DNA of 64,000 bases from Camelus ferus (GCF_009834535.1 NC_045697.1:59398001-59462000), one strand, 5' to 3'. Numbered from the stretch's first letter, positions 38,621-51,608 are shown. Translations and numbers: made by a program. Notes: generated by a model not told the origin, from the sequence alone.

Positions 38621-39190
38621 CTTCCTAACTTGTTCTCCTTCTGTACTTCATCTAGTATATTTTCTGCAGTGCTACCAGCTGGATCTTTTAAATTGCAAAT
38701 CCTACCAATCCAATCTTAAAGAACTTCAACAATTCCACAAAGCTCATATGGCAAAAATAATAAATCTTTATACCAAATACAAGAGATTCATGATCCAATT
38801 CTTATTTATCTTTGCAACATTTGCATTACTTATGTGCATTTCTTTTAGGAGACAACCACAGGAAGTGACCAATATTTTATGCCTCCTTGTTGACTTATGC
38901 GGTTTCTTCTATTTAGGATGCTGTTTTAGTCATCATTTACAGTGACTCAAATGTCACTTTTTATATGACACATTCTCTGCCATCTCCTGACTTAACTAGT
39001 TTTTTTTTTTTTTTCCCTGAACTTCTCTAATTTCTGGTTCATACTCGAATATAGCACAAGATGAAATGGTTTAAGAATTAGTTTACATGTATAGGGTAGA
39101 GTTTGCTTTCTTTTCATGCTGGTATTTTCTAGGGTTAGCAAAAAACTTAAAACATATCAAAATGTACTGAATGAGGTAGGTTATATGAAT
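38621..39190 (+). mobile_element. L2 LINE 3' continuation
   Basis: ttcctaacttgttctcc...gatcttttaaattgcaaat...ctcaaatgtcactt...tgaatga tail. Confidence 0.7.
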
Positions 39191-41139
39191 GAAAACATTT
39201 TATATTTGCTTCTGCCAAAAATTATTTTATCTTGAATTTTAATCTGCAATAATTACTCTTTATCTGATATTTCATACACATTTATGTGTATTTTTATGAT
39301 GTCAGTTTTTTGTTATCCACTTGATCCATTCATGTTCCAATGTTCTGATTCTTTAGCCAGAGTTTAAACTTTTTAGGAGTAAAGCATTTCTCCTACTTCT
39401 TTGTGTTTTCCTTATACATTGTGTACAGAAAATAAGCTCAGTAGTTACTATTGAGTTCATTCAACAAGTGAAAAAATAAAGTGATTATTTCACTTTCATT
39501 GAAAGTTTTACTTAAATTGTTCCTTCTTTAAAAATTTCACAAGTTTGAGGCTAAGTTAAGGAAGAATTACTTTTTAGTTGTTTATTTTGCCAATCATTCT
39601 GCTTTATTCTACTTGTGGGTAAAATTAGCTATGAAATACCATTAGTAGTTTATTCTGCACTCTACAAGGGTTTTAGATACCGATCACCTTTTAACCCTAC
39701 GTTAGAGAACTGTCACAGTGTTTTCACAACACTGGGGTGAATCCAGAATGTTTACAGATTTATGTAACAACTGATGAGAATCACCATACCAGAATTGTGG
39801 GACTGAAGTTTTGTTCGGGGATTTATTGTGTATATTATCCACATGTCCATGAGTGATAATCACTCAATATTTTTGATATAATGAAGAGAATATTCTCTTT
39901 TTGAATCAATTTATATGGAATTTTCATTCTTCTCTCTTCAGTGTATGAAAGAATATGAAAAGGGATCTGTAGAAAAAGTATCATATACCTGATATGTGAT
40001 AGAGAAGCAGGGATAATTTAAGGAATTGGATGGTTCTATTTGTATAGTGAGACCACTGGTTATGAATATGTGTATATTTTTCTTCAATGACTGGTAGTGG
40101 AAAGTGGCTTACTATTTAGGTAATTTTCAAATTAGATGAAATATGACACCTAAAGTAAAGAATATGAGCCCGGGGATTAATTAATGCTATTGTTAGTTGT
40201 GTTTTTTAAATCACATGTTAGAAACAGGGAGAATAATTTTTAAAAGGACAGTTCTGTCCTGTCTGTCCTGTTTCTGTGCTATCTAAAATATGCCTGGCAA
40301 ATAAGAAACCTTTTCTTCCACTTTACTCTTTCCTTCTGTCTTTTCTTCTTTTCCTCTTTTCTTGTCTGAGGGTATGATTGATTTAAGACAGCATGTTGAG
40401 AATGAGGAATGAAAGGCTATCAGAAAAAAAAATCATTCTCTTTCAAGCTCTGAATTTATTTTAATATGCCATTTTATTTTATTTCTTTATTAATTATTTT
40501 TATTACTAACTAGTTACTATTAATTCATCATTAATTTTTGTAAGTTCCTTACATGCAAGAGGTTTATCTTCTATTTATTTACTTTTAGAAGTCTTACTAC
40601 TTAGAAGAGGGAACTTTGGCCTGGGAGCCTGGAAGTCTATTATATATTAATCAAGTAATAGGTATTACTGACTTGGACTGCGAAAGAAGCTAGTACAAAG
40701 TATTTTATCACTGACTGTTTCTGGCTAATATTGGAAGGGTGTACAAAATTATTTCTACCTTCACAGGTAGTAAATCTTAGGAAGGATAGCAGAAATTTCT
40801 CTAGTCATATCCAAAGTACCAAATAAAAGACTTATAGGTGTGATATTGGAATTTTTAAGATTTCTGTTATGTTTCTATTGACATCCATACTAAAAATGAT
40901 TAAATAATAACTTCATGGGAATGGCTTAATAAAATAAAAGCAGATACAGGTATCAAGATATGGTGAATCTTCAACTATTGAAATGTGCTGAAAGAAAACT
41001 ATTAAAATAGGTAATTGATAAATCATTGAATTAACTTAACTGATTTGTTTCAAATTGGTAAGTAATTTACTTTTGAAGTCAGGTGTGGATTTTAAAGTAA
41101 AAAAAGGTGAATTATATCACTATTATTAGAAAAACAAAA

Positions 41140-41610
41140 TCAGATGACTTGAATGAAGATAGGAAGATTAATTTGAACTATCTGGGTAGGCCCAACATAA
41201 TCTAATAACTAATTAAAAACAGAGTAGGGAGGCAGGAGAGTCAGGTGTCTCAGAAAGTGAAGTTAGAGAGATGTGAAGCATGAGAGGAACTCAGTCAGTT
41301 GCTGGAGGAGGACCAGAGGGCAAATATGGGAAGGAATGTGGGGGCAGCAAACAGGAGAGAGATCGAGTCCCAGCTGACAGCCAGCAAAGAAACAGTTTGT
41401 AACTGTTTGAGACTCCTTGTAGGAGAGGAGTCTCCCAACACCCTAAATAAGCTAGGGAGAGGTTTCTTCCCTGAGCCTTCCAATGAGCCCAGCTGGCCCA
41501 CACCTCAATTTCAATCGTATGAAACTTAGAACAGAGAAACCAGCCAAGCCAACAAGACTTCTGACTTAAAGAATGGTGACATGCTAAATTTGCATTACGT
41601 TAAGCAACAA
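41140..41610 (+). mobile_element. MaLR LTR (MLT1E/F-like)
   Basis: tatctgggtaggcccaa...cccagctgacagccagcaaagaaacag...cagagaaaccagccaagcc...gacttctgac. Confidence 0.85.
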
Positions 41611-42702
41611 GCAAAACAAAGCCAAAAACAGGTGTGTGAGAACTCCATTGTCTGATACTCTGTGTTGGCAATGGATGCAGATGCAGGCCCTTAATAGTTA
41701 ATCCCTCACATTTGAAACCTCTTGTTTAGGATTAATTCCAAATAAAAGCACACAAGATAATACATGAAGACAAAATAGAATAATTAGGCCTGAATATGAG
41801 TGAGTAGAGGGGCCCGTATTTTATGCCTGAAGTCTAAACTTGTCTGGCATTAACTGCTGCTGAATCATAAACTTCAGCAAGACGGGCCAGCTCTTCCTCA
41901 CCCTGATGCGTTAGTGTGCGGAGGAGTTCTCTATTCATGTGAAACTTCTGTGAATCATGGGTGACTTTAACTTTAGTGCTTAAATAATCTTCATATGAGC
42001 ATAAATGAACCATTTATAAGCCACATATATTTTTTTCTTAATCACAATCATAAATGTGGCTCCAGAGCCAAGTTAATGGTTGTTATCATTGCCCTCTAAC
42101 TTTGTCTGTTTAGAGAAAGTATGATATCTGTAGATAGAAATCAACCTGACTCTCTTTTTACTGACACTATTACTTTTCAAATCTTTATTATATTAGCTTC
42201 AGTGTTTTCCATTTCAAAAAAACATTGCAGTGAATGCCTTTGTGAAGATACTTGTCAGCATCTCCTATTACCATTATCTGCTAAAGACTCCCAAATACAT
42301 ACTTTTAACTCTGCTCACTCCCCACTGACAGACCCTTTTATCCAGTCATCACACTGGCATATGCTCTAAAACACAAAATCTACAGTAAACATTTCTTCAT
42401 TTGTCTTTCAAAGCTTTTTTTCCCCCTCAGTATCCCTTCTCAGTAAATAGTAAGCCATCTACTTAATTACTCAAACCATAAGTATTTTTCCTTTTTATTC
42501 ATTCATTATCCAACCCTCTAATACATGTTCGATATTTATCCGCTTATTTTGCTTCTGCAACTACTATTTTAGTTTGACGCACTCTCCTCTCTCACCTGGA
42601 TATCTCTGATACTGTTCTTGCTAGTTACTTCCCATCTCCTTCCTCCTCACCACAACATTCACAGTGACACTTAAAATCAAAATTAGATTGCCATTTTTCC
42701 CT

Positions 42703-43176
42703 TGTGGACTGAAATAAACGCACAGCCTAAAAGTTGAGAGTTATGTTTTATTTGGCGGGAGGACTACAGCCGGGATGACAGCCCCTCAGATCGCCTCTGA
42801 GGGACTGCTCTGAAGAGGTAGGGGAGGAGCTAGGATATGTAGGAGCTTTACAACAAAGACTAAGTAGTTGGAACAATAAAAGATTATTTGTTAACTAAAG
42901 AAAACCAGGCATCTCAAGTTAAAGAATTTAGTGCTTTTCTATGTATGGGAGGAAGCAATCATTTGGGCTCATTGAATTCATTCCTTTGACAGCACCTAGC
43001 TATCTAGGGCCAGTATCCTGTCCTTTCTTATTCTGAGTCCCCTCAGAGTGCACCATTGTGAGTGGCTGCAGAGGCTGGGCTTCAGGCTTGTCTTCACTGG
43101 GGAGTAGTGGCAGCCACTGATGACTTGGTTTCAGCACTCTTTGTTTACTGATATGGTTGCAGTATTTTTGTTCATA
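42703..43176 (-). mobile_element. ERV1-class solo LTR, MER41-like (cetartiodactyl type)
   Basis: cctaaaagttgagagttatgttttatttggcgg...ctctgagggactgctctgaagaggta...gcttttctatgtatggga recalled from artiodactyl MER41-type LTRs; 4-bp TSD CCCT (42699-42702 / 43177-43180); AATAAA on the - strand near 42747. Confidence 0.88.
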
Positions 43177-43561
43177 CCCTTATATCTCTCCAAATTACTC
43201 TTCACTGGACTTCGAGCTAAGTTCAGACTCCTTGTTATGGTGGCCTTTAAGGCTCTACTTGAAGTGGTTTCTGAAAAACTCTGACTTTGTTTTCTATCTC
43301 TTTCACCCTTTGTTGTATTTGGCCACATGGAACTTCTTCCTGTTCAACTATGACAAATTTGTTTGGATTTGACTCTATAAATATCAGCTCTTCAGAGGCT
43401 ATCCCTAACTATCCTGCCTCAAGTAACTTCATTCTGCACCCATTATTTGAATTGATTTTTATTAAAGTACTGTATTATCTGATTATGTATATTCATGCAG
43501 TTTTCTGCCCCTGCCCTCTTGAATACAAATTCCATATTAGTCATGATATTATTTTTGTTTT

Positions 43562-44025
43562 TGTTACGGAAACGACAGGCCAGTCAAGAAACAAGCACCA
43601 CTCGGAGGGTTGGAGTACTCAGATGTATTACGCCGGCGGGCTCAGAGGGGCTTCTGCTCCGAAGCTCTGAGCACCTTCAAGATGTGCACATGAGGTTTTA
43701 TAGGGTAAATACAAGCTTGGGGTATTCGGCCAATAGGCAAGGAACAGCTTTAGCAGCATCATCATCACAAAAGTGGAGGCGGGGAGGCAGCAAACCAACA
43801 TTCCAAAGCCAGATATGTATCTTTGAAAACCCAGCTGGCTAGCAAAAAAACATGAACAGCAAACCAACACAAATTAACCTAGATTTACAAGTTAGTCCAG
43901 CAGAACTCAGATCAGTATTCCAATACTTAGATTTGTGAGTTATCTTGTTAGCCCAGCCCAGCCTCTCCTTCACATTCCTAGACCTGTGAGTTATCTTGTT
44001 AGACCAGCCCAGCTTTTCCTTCACA
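43562..44025 (-). mobile_element. Young ERV1-class solo LTR with duplicated U3 terminus
   Basis: TG...CA ends, TTTT on both flanks, 9 CpGs in 43562-43785, TATAAAA(-) 43696-43702, CCAAT 43730-43734, GC box 43776-43784. Confidence 0.85.
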
Positions 44026-44469
44026 TTTTCTCCTGGCATGTTCCCAGTTCTTCTAACTCCATCAAGCACATAATATTTCAGTAATATATGGTAAATATAT
44101 GGTAAATAAATAAATGAACAGTCTTGGAATGAATTCCTAAAATTCCTAGAATTCCTAGACCAAACTGTAAAAAAGTTTGTTTCCTGTAACAAATAGCTAA
44201 CTTTATTTGAAAGTTATTGCCTTTAATTTTAATTCAGTGGAAGAAGAGTCTGATTTTCAAACATTTGTCAAGTAAAAAAGGATTACATTAAAAATAAATA
44301 CTGTCAACCTGTTAGGTAAAAAATAATGTCTTGTACAGTATGAATTTTCTTTATTATTGAGGTTGAATTATTTATTATTTATTTTTGAGGTCTCGTTTTT
44401 GTTGCCAATTTATTTCTTCTTTTGATCTAGCTTAATGAATAATTCTTAACTTAGGTTGAACATGAAAAT

Positions 44470-44612
44470 CACCTTTTAGGTTATAAAAACACAGTAATAT
44501 TTAGATTTGACTTCTAAAAGTTCTGATTTAGTTTATTCAGAGTGGACCCTGGCATTTTTTTTTTTTTTAAGTACTTCAGGGGTTATCTTTACCCAGGGTT
44601 GAAAACAACTGG
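44470..44612. mobile_element. MER5-like hAT-Charlie fragment
   Basis: ttctgatttagt...gcattttt...aagtacttcaggggtt...gggttgaaaacaactg. Confidence 0.55.
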
Positions 44613-44748
44613 AATTCATGAATAAATATTTTATGTTCCTATACATGTAGCTTCAAATTTGAGACTCCCTCTATGAAACTGGGAGAATAAATACAGGTGA
44701 AACAACCTCACAGAAGATTTTTCATTATGTTTTTAAGTTCTCTTTATG

Positions 44749-45354
44749 TGTGACACTTATTAAATTAGTGTCTCAGCTTCAAACCTACCCTTTCATGTTC
44801 TGCTTCGTAATGCTGGGGCTGAGATGCTGCAAATCATCTTTTCTCCTTTGCCAGTTGGTTCTTGCTGAGTTCTGCCAGTGGGGGTGCTGCAGGGAGACAG
44901 AGGGCTGGAGGCAGAAGACATTTTTGGTTCCTGTCTGAGTCTCTTATGCAGCACTTCACCAAATGGCGGCAGTTGGCGAAGCAGCACATTCCAGATACTG
45001 GTTTTCTTAGAATTCCTAGAACCAGCCTCATTAGAGACATCCTTTTCTGAGTTCTGACTCTCAACTCCTTAGTTTCTTCCTCTGAGTTCCTGAGGCTCCA
45101 GTAATTCCTGAGTAGTGCTACCTTCTTAGAGATCCGAGTCCCAGTTCCACCAAGACCCCTTGTCCAAGATTCTAAACTTAAATAATTCCAGTCTTTTTTT
45201 CTCACAGCCCTGGGTTAGCTTCCTGCAGTTACTACTTTATGAGTTTCTTTTTTCCTTTTTAGTTCTTTAATACCTGATTAACAGTTATTAATATTAAATT
45301 CTCTGTTGACATAACTTGTGCAGCCTCTATTTCCTGACTAGATTCTGACTAGCA
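44749..45354 (+). mobile_element. ERVL-type solo LTR (LTR41/LTR33-like)
   Basis: tgtgaca start; gttctgccagtggggg and agaaccagcctcat motifs; 3' end ttaaattctctgtt...ttcctgactagattctgactagca. Confidence 0.75.
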
Positions 45355-46059
45355 AAGTAGGACTGGATCAATGGCCCTGGCTAGTTAAAATGTGTAAGGC
45401 ACAGACGAGGCTATAGTTCAGTTTCTAATAGAGCCCTTGGGTTACAGAAGAAAAAAGTTAAGTGACCCTCTAATGTTGATCCCAAAGACACAAATTTCAA
45501 TTCTTTACTGAAAAAGCCTATTTCTTTATAGTAATCTAATTCCAGCCACACATTCATATATTCTCGAATTGCCTGATGAGTTTCTTCATTGTAGACCAGG
45601 CAGAGTCATGAGTGGCATATGTTCTAATAAGAGTGCAGTTCAGAACAAAACATGATGAAGAGATTATATCATTAAAAATAAATCAGTAGTATGGGTTGTT
45701 TCCAAATTTACACAAGTATGTTTAATTTCTATTTGTTTGTTTCTTCTTCTAAAACAGTAAAATAATTATTCTTGCTCTACTTACATGAACATGTGTTTTG
45801 ACAAAAATAGAAGATCATCCAACTAAAAGTATTTTGAGAAACAGAAGTTGCTACATTAATAAAAATTATGTAGATGCATGTTAAAAAATTAAATTGTGTA
45901 AGACAGAGTCAAGGCACGTTATTAACCTTTTGTTGACTGTGTTCATTCCTTCTCACTTCAAATGCAAGGATTACAAATACAGTCTTATTTAGCATCTCTC
46001 CTTATTGAAATGCATATAGACATATACCATTTTGAACTGTGGGTATAGTGTGAATTCTT

Positions 46060-47261
46060 TTTTTTTTTTTAATTGAAGTATAGTCAGTTACAACATGTCA
46101 GTTTCTGGTGTACAGCATAATGTCCCAGACATGCATACATACACATATGTTTATTTTCATATTCTTTTTCATGATAAAGTATTGAATGTAGTTCTCTGTG
46201 CTATAGAGAAGAAATTTGTTTTTTTTTAAATCTATTTAAATATATATTGGTTAACCTTTGCAAATCTCAAAACTCCCAAATTTATCCCTTCCCATCCTCT
46301 TTTACCTGGTAACCATAAAATTGTTTACTATGTCTGCAGGTCTGTTTCTGTTTTGTAGATGAGTTCATTAGTGTCCTCTTTTTTCTTTTCCTTCTTTTTT
46401 TTTTTTTTTTTTTTTTTTTAGATTCCACATATGAGTGATATCATATGGTATTTTTCTTTTTCGTTCTGGCTTACTTCACTTAGAATGATGATCTCCAGGT
46501 CCATCCATGTTGCTGCAGATGGCATTTAAAAATTTTTTTTATTGCTGAGTAATATTCCATTGTATAAATATACCACAACTTCTTTATCTACTCATCTGTC
46601 GATGGACAGTTAGGTTGCTTCTATGTCTTGGCTATTGTATAGTGCTTCTATGAACACTGAAGTGCATATATCTTTTTGAATTAAAGTTTCCTCTGGGTAT
46701 ATGCCCAAGGGTGGGATTGCTGATCATATGGCAAGTCTATTTTTAGTTTTTGAGGAATCTGCATACTGTTTTCCATAATGGCTGCACCAAACTACATTCC
46801 CATCAAAAGTGTAGGAGGGTTCCCTTTTCTCCAAAGCCTCTCCAGCATTCATGCTTCATAGACTTTTGAATGATGGCTGTTCTGACTGATGTGAGGTGAG
46901 AGCTCATTGTAGTTTTGATTTGCATTTCTCTGATAATTAGTGATACTGAGCATTTTTTCATGGGCCTATTAGCCTTTTGTATTTCTTCATTCAAGAATTT
47001 CTTGTTTAGGTCTTCTGCCCATTTTTGGATTGGGTTGTTTGTTCTTTTGTTAGTAAGTTGTATGAGCTGTTTATATATTCTGGAAATTAAGCCCTTGTCA
47101 GTCTCATCTTTTGCAAATATTTTCTCCCACTCTGTAGGTTGTCTTTTTGTTTTGCTTATGGTTTCCTTTGCTGTGCAAAAGTTTATAAGTTTAACTAGGC
47201 CCCATTTATTTATTTTTGCTTTTATTTCTATTGCCTGGGTAGACTGCCCTAGGACAACATT
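46060..47261 (-). mobile_element. Younger lineage-specific 5'-truncated L1
   Basis: Poly-T head, well-preserved 3' UTR; ORF 46803-46994(-) [23 protein letters not shown] is the ORF2p C-terminus; probable TSD gtgtgaattctt (46048-46059) / gcataaattctt (47262-47273). Confidence 0.95.
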
Positions 47262-48777
47262 GCATAAATTCTTATTTGAAATGCTAGCCTCTGGATGTCA
47301 GAGACTTTGCCTCACAATCTTATTCAATTATACGTGAATAATACCCTTTACATCATAGAAAAAAAAAAGTGTTTTGTCATGGTTTTGATGACTGATACCA
47401 GGTACTGAGTGGAGGGGTCAGAAATTTAGAGGAATTTTCCAGGAAATAACTGCAAATTTGTCAATATTTAGATCCAAAATTAAATACACAAATAATGAAT
47501 TTTTGAAGTACTTTGTAAAGTAGTTAGCACATAATAAACATTTAAAAAACATTAAAAATGTTTATTTCTAATACTGTTAACCTTTTGTTCTTATTTGAAT
47601 AAGTACTACATGATAGTATTGTAGTTTTGACTCTGTCGTCAAGGTGAGGCAGGTGGGACAACAATATAGTGACATCTAAGGACCTAAACCTAAAATGCTA
47701 GCTGTCTAATCAAGACACTGTTACTGATTTTGAAAAAGTGCTTCTTTTTTTTCTCTTAGAAAATAAATGAAAGACTATAGACCATCAAACTGTTCTGAGC
47801 ATTTGGGGGACTAAACATTTAGGAGCAGCTTTTGGACATAATTTTACCTCTTTCCTGTTTCTGGTAATTGGCTCAGTCTCTACCATGGATAACAGCTGTG
47901 GCTGCACCACCTGGCACCAAAGGAGGCTCATGTGGAAATATATAGAAACTTTCCATTTGGAGCACAGTTTCTACCTCTTTGCCAGATTTTTGGCCAAGGA
48001 AAAAAATATGAATGCAGTCTTATCTATGGCACACTAAATATAGGAAAAATCCTTCCTAAGCATAAGAGAACACATTATTTGTTGAACTTGTGATAATTCC
48101 GGGCCTGTCTCCACATCAGTCTTTATAGCCTGAGAGCCATACTTGGTTGAGACTCAACCCTACCTAAACAAGAGGCATTAACAGCAGAGTGTGACACTTG
48201 AGACTCTCGGCTCCTTCCTACCAGGTGACCATGAAAACCCTGCTGCTGTCATCCCCTTGTCTAAGCTCCCTTCTGCTTCTATTCTGAAGGGGCCCTGATA
48301 GCAGTAAGCCTCAGTGATTGCAGTTGTCTTGGCATGAGCACTCAGCTATTCTGTTTCTGGCTGCTCCTCTGACTATTGGCAGACAAAGGATGAACAGGCT
48401 GCAGAATCAACCCCATTAGTGTCAACCTAATCCCCTGTAATGGGATCCACACTGGCCAAGATCAGGCACCATTCTCCATCCCCACCCTCATGCAGTATGT
48501 CTTAGCCTAGCACAATATCAAGCAGTTAATAGAAGGGATGATAACACTGCATTTGCCGCCACCTTTTGAGGAAAGCCAGAACAATGCCATGGGGAGTTTG
48601 ATGTTGCACATGCAAAGACTAGGGGAAATCTGTATTTTTATAGTGAAAAGAAATTACTGATATATATTCATATATATATTCCTAGGTGAACTTTTTTTTA
48701 GAACAATGTTGTTAGAGCTGCTGATACTACAGTACCAATATTCAACAGAAAATATTATAATGTTTCTGAACAGAATC

Positions 48778-48799
48778 GTGTGTGTGTGTGTGTATGTGT
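48778..48799. repeat. (GT)n microsatellite
   Basis: Seen directly. Confidence 0.9.
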
Positions 48800-51553
48800 A
48801 AGAGCATGAAAGAGACAGAGAGAAAGAATGAGAAAGATGAGCCCTTAAATCACATGTTCACTAAGGGAGGTACATGCAGGAGGAGAGGGACAGGCAGAAA
48901 TTTAGTAAGTGTTTGCTGAGGGTAGACACTTTGAGAGTGACAAGAGATGGCAGATAGCAATTCTGATAATTAAAAGTCCTTAGAATCTTTTATTAGCTGA
49001 GAAGTAAAGTCTTTTCTGTTTCAAGAAAAGAGGATGATCTTGATGAACTTTTTCAGCCTCTAACTGTAGATTAAAATCGCCTTTTACAGCCCACTAGACT
49101 TTTGGCCCAATTTTTCCTCCTTTCTGGTTCTGGTCATTTGGAACATCAGACTACGCCAAAATATATAGAAACCGGTGCTTTTGGCAATAATACACAGCAG
49201 CCAAAGTCTCAATATCCACAGAAAAACAATAAATCACGTTGAATGTTGTTCACTAATGACAATAGCATTGCATTCCCCAAAATATAATGAACAACAAAGA
49301 GAGAAGCATCACAAGATCAACAACATGCCTCTGGAATCTTCAGCAGTGACAACAAGGCTACTGACATTTCCGCGTTCTGTTTGTGGAGCTATGACCCTTA
49401 CTGATTCACTCCAGTAAACCCTGGACCCCTTCTGGTTCAGCTGCTCCTTGATGCAGCACCTGTGTGTGTACCTGTGGGCCTAAAAATAGCAACAGCCCAA
49501 ACTACATGAAATCAAAAGCAAATCCTGTTGTGTTCACAGTTTGTGTTTTCATCTAACTCATTGTAAGGACACCCACTTAACATACTTCCCAGATTTTATA
49601 GGCAGCTGCGGCATTGGAGTCTTTCTTTCCATGTGGGTTTTATTTTTCTTTAAGAATTTAGTTTTAGAGAGCTGACTCGTATTTGCCTAAATGTGGGCCT
49701 CCTCTTGAAGATTTACATAATAAAGATTTTTAGTTGAAAGATATAGGGAATTGTGGGCAGACCAAGGTTATTGTCATTAAAAGCATTTGAGACCCATCTC
49801 CAGTTAGAGACTTCTGAGCTCAGAAGGAAGAGCCACAGAATATACCTGGAATGGTATACCAGGAAGAATAGGAGAATTCTTGATTTTAGTGAGGCATATG
49901 CTCAGTTTGGACCCTTAGGGAAGGTCCAAAGACCCTGTTTATTAGCTTTTGTCTTTGAGTTTAGGATCATTTACGTTAACTATGGGTCATTGGTTGAGCA
50001 AGTAGAAGATAATGGGTATAAAGGAAATTTGAATTTCTAACAAAGCTGCCCCTTTTAAGCATGATCACATGGGTATGAAAGGTATGAGCACAATAAATAA
50101 GACTTCACTAAGATTTTTATTTCCAACTTCAGCAGTCATTTATTTGTATAAAAAGTCACAATAGTCCATCTGGAATTCAGTTTTGTGATAAGAACTTTGC
50201 CAAAGAATTGCAGGCTCATGAGCCAAGAAGATTATATCTTCCTTTTTCTTTCTATTAAAAAAAAAAAAGCCAACCAAAATATGAATTGTGTTGAAATGAG
50301 TTAAACAGTAGCATGTACAAGAAAGTCCCAAATTTCCAAACTCAACACTTACTCTTGATTCTTTTTGGGTCTCCTCCACCTGGCCTTTCCCTGCCTTTCT
50401 CTTTAAAACCCTCCATGTTTGCACCCATAACTGCAGAAGAACACAGATGTTCCTTGGGTCATCCCCTCAGTGACATTCAGGAGGCAGAGTTGGTTTCAGA
50501 CAACCACAGAAGCCCGGCAAGGATTGTCATACTGAGAGGAAGCAATCAAACTACTTATGACTCTCCCCTTCTCTTAAGCAGTTCAGTACTTTCTATGACA
50601 TCTAGAGTGCAGAGATGAGAAACATTGTACTATGAAAACCTGATCTGAAAGAACATTATACAGTATTCCATAGCTATCTTCTGCCTCTCTTGCGTAGGTC
50701 TGTAATTAAGGGGAATTTAGGTCACAGACATTTCTGACTTCTTATCACATGTATTATTCAATTGTACTGATAGTTCTTTCCTTCTTATCACATTTATAGT
50801 TCAATCAGAATCATAGTTCATTCCTTTTTTGTATTTAACATAATATTTTAGGGATGCTTCTGTTGACAGAATCAATAGTTCATTTTGTAAATTGCTTATA
50901 ATATATACATATACTACCTATATTGTCCATTCATTTGTTGGACATTTGGGTAGTTTCTAGTTTGTGACTCCTATGAATAAAGCAACTATAAATATTTTTG
51001 TACAATTCTTTCTGTGTACAGCTGCCTTCATTTCCCTCGAGTAAATAATTAAGAGTTGAATTATTAAGGCATGGTGAAGGTGATGAAATAGCTAGTTTTC
51101 GAAGTACTACCACTATAATAGAAATTTGAGTGTTTAACTTTAGTAAAGCCCAATTTACCTTTTTTTTTTTAATGGTTATAACTTACAGTATCCTCTCAAG
51201 GAAATTTTTGCCTACTCCAAGGTCATGAATTTATTCTCATATACCAAGAAGTTTACATTTTTATCTTTCATAGTTAGGTCTGTGGTCAATTTCAAATTAA
51301 TTTTTATATATAGTGTGATGTAGCTCTTACAGTTTATCCTGTTTTATGTATATATCCAGTTATTCCAGTTTCATTTGTTGATTTCCCTTTCCCTACTGAA
51401 TGGCACTGCACCTCTGATGAAAATCAAGTTTCTGCAAGTTCTGTTTCTGAACTCTCTATTTAGTTCTACAGAATTATTTTTCTCTCCTTATACCAGTACT
51501 TCACTTTGTGATTACAATACCTTTTCAGAAATTCTTGAATCAGGTAATGAAAA

Positions 51554-51558
<5 letters not shown>

Positions 51559-51608
<50 letters not shown>
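51559..51608. repeat. Compound (TC)15(TA)10 microsatellite
   Basis: Seen directly. Confidence 0.95.

Larger units (their letters stand above)
42230..44120 (+). mobile_element. L2 LINE fragmented by two ERV1 solo LTRs
   Basis: L2 text at 42230-42702, 43177-43561 and 44030-44120 is collinear across both insertions; ends taaataaataaatgaa. Confidence 0.7.

Noticed and set aside
39850..39866. Inverted repeat TGAGTGAT-A-ATCACTCA
   Set aside because: 8-bp arms are within chance expectation.
39941..39991. Strong acceptor followed by CMKEYEKGSVEK
   Set aside because: No credible donor, early stop, no recognisable protein.
44090..44160. Short tandem repeats (aatatatggta x2; aattcctag-like x3)
   Set aside because: Ordinary replication-slippage duplications at an L2 tail.
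45360..45490. Possible tRNA-derived ancient SINE or tRNA gene
   Set aside because: A and B boxes too degenerate; no cloverleaf supportable.
49402..49479. 78-nt minus-strand exon candidate (AHRYTHRCCIKEQLNQKGSRVYWSES)
   Set aside because: The acceptor is just the MEF2 decamer read backwards, the peptide is unrecognised, and it opposes the inferred transcription direction.
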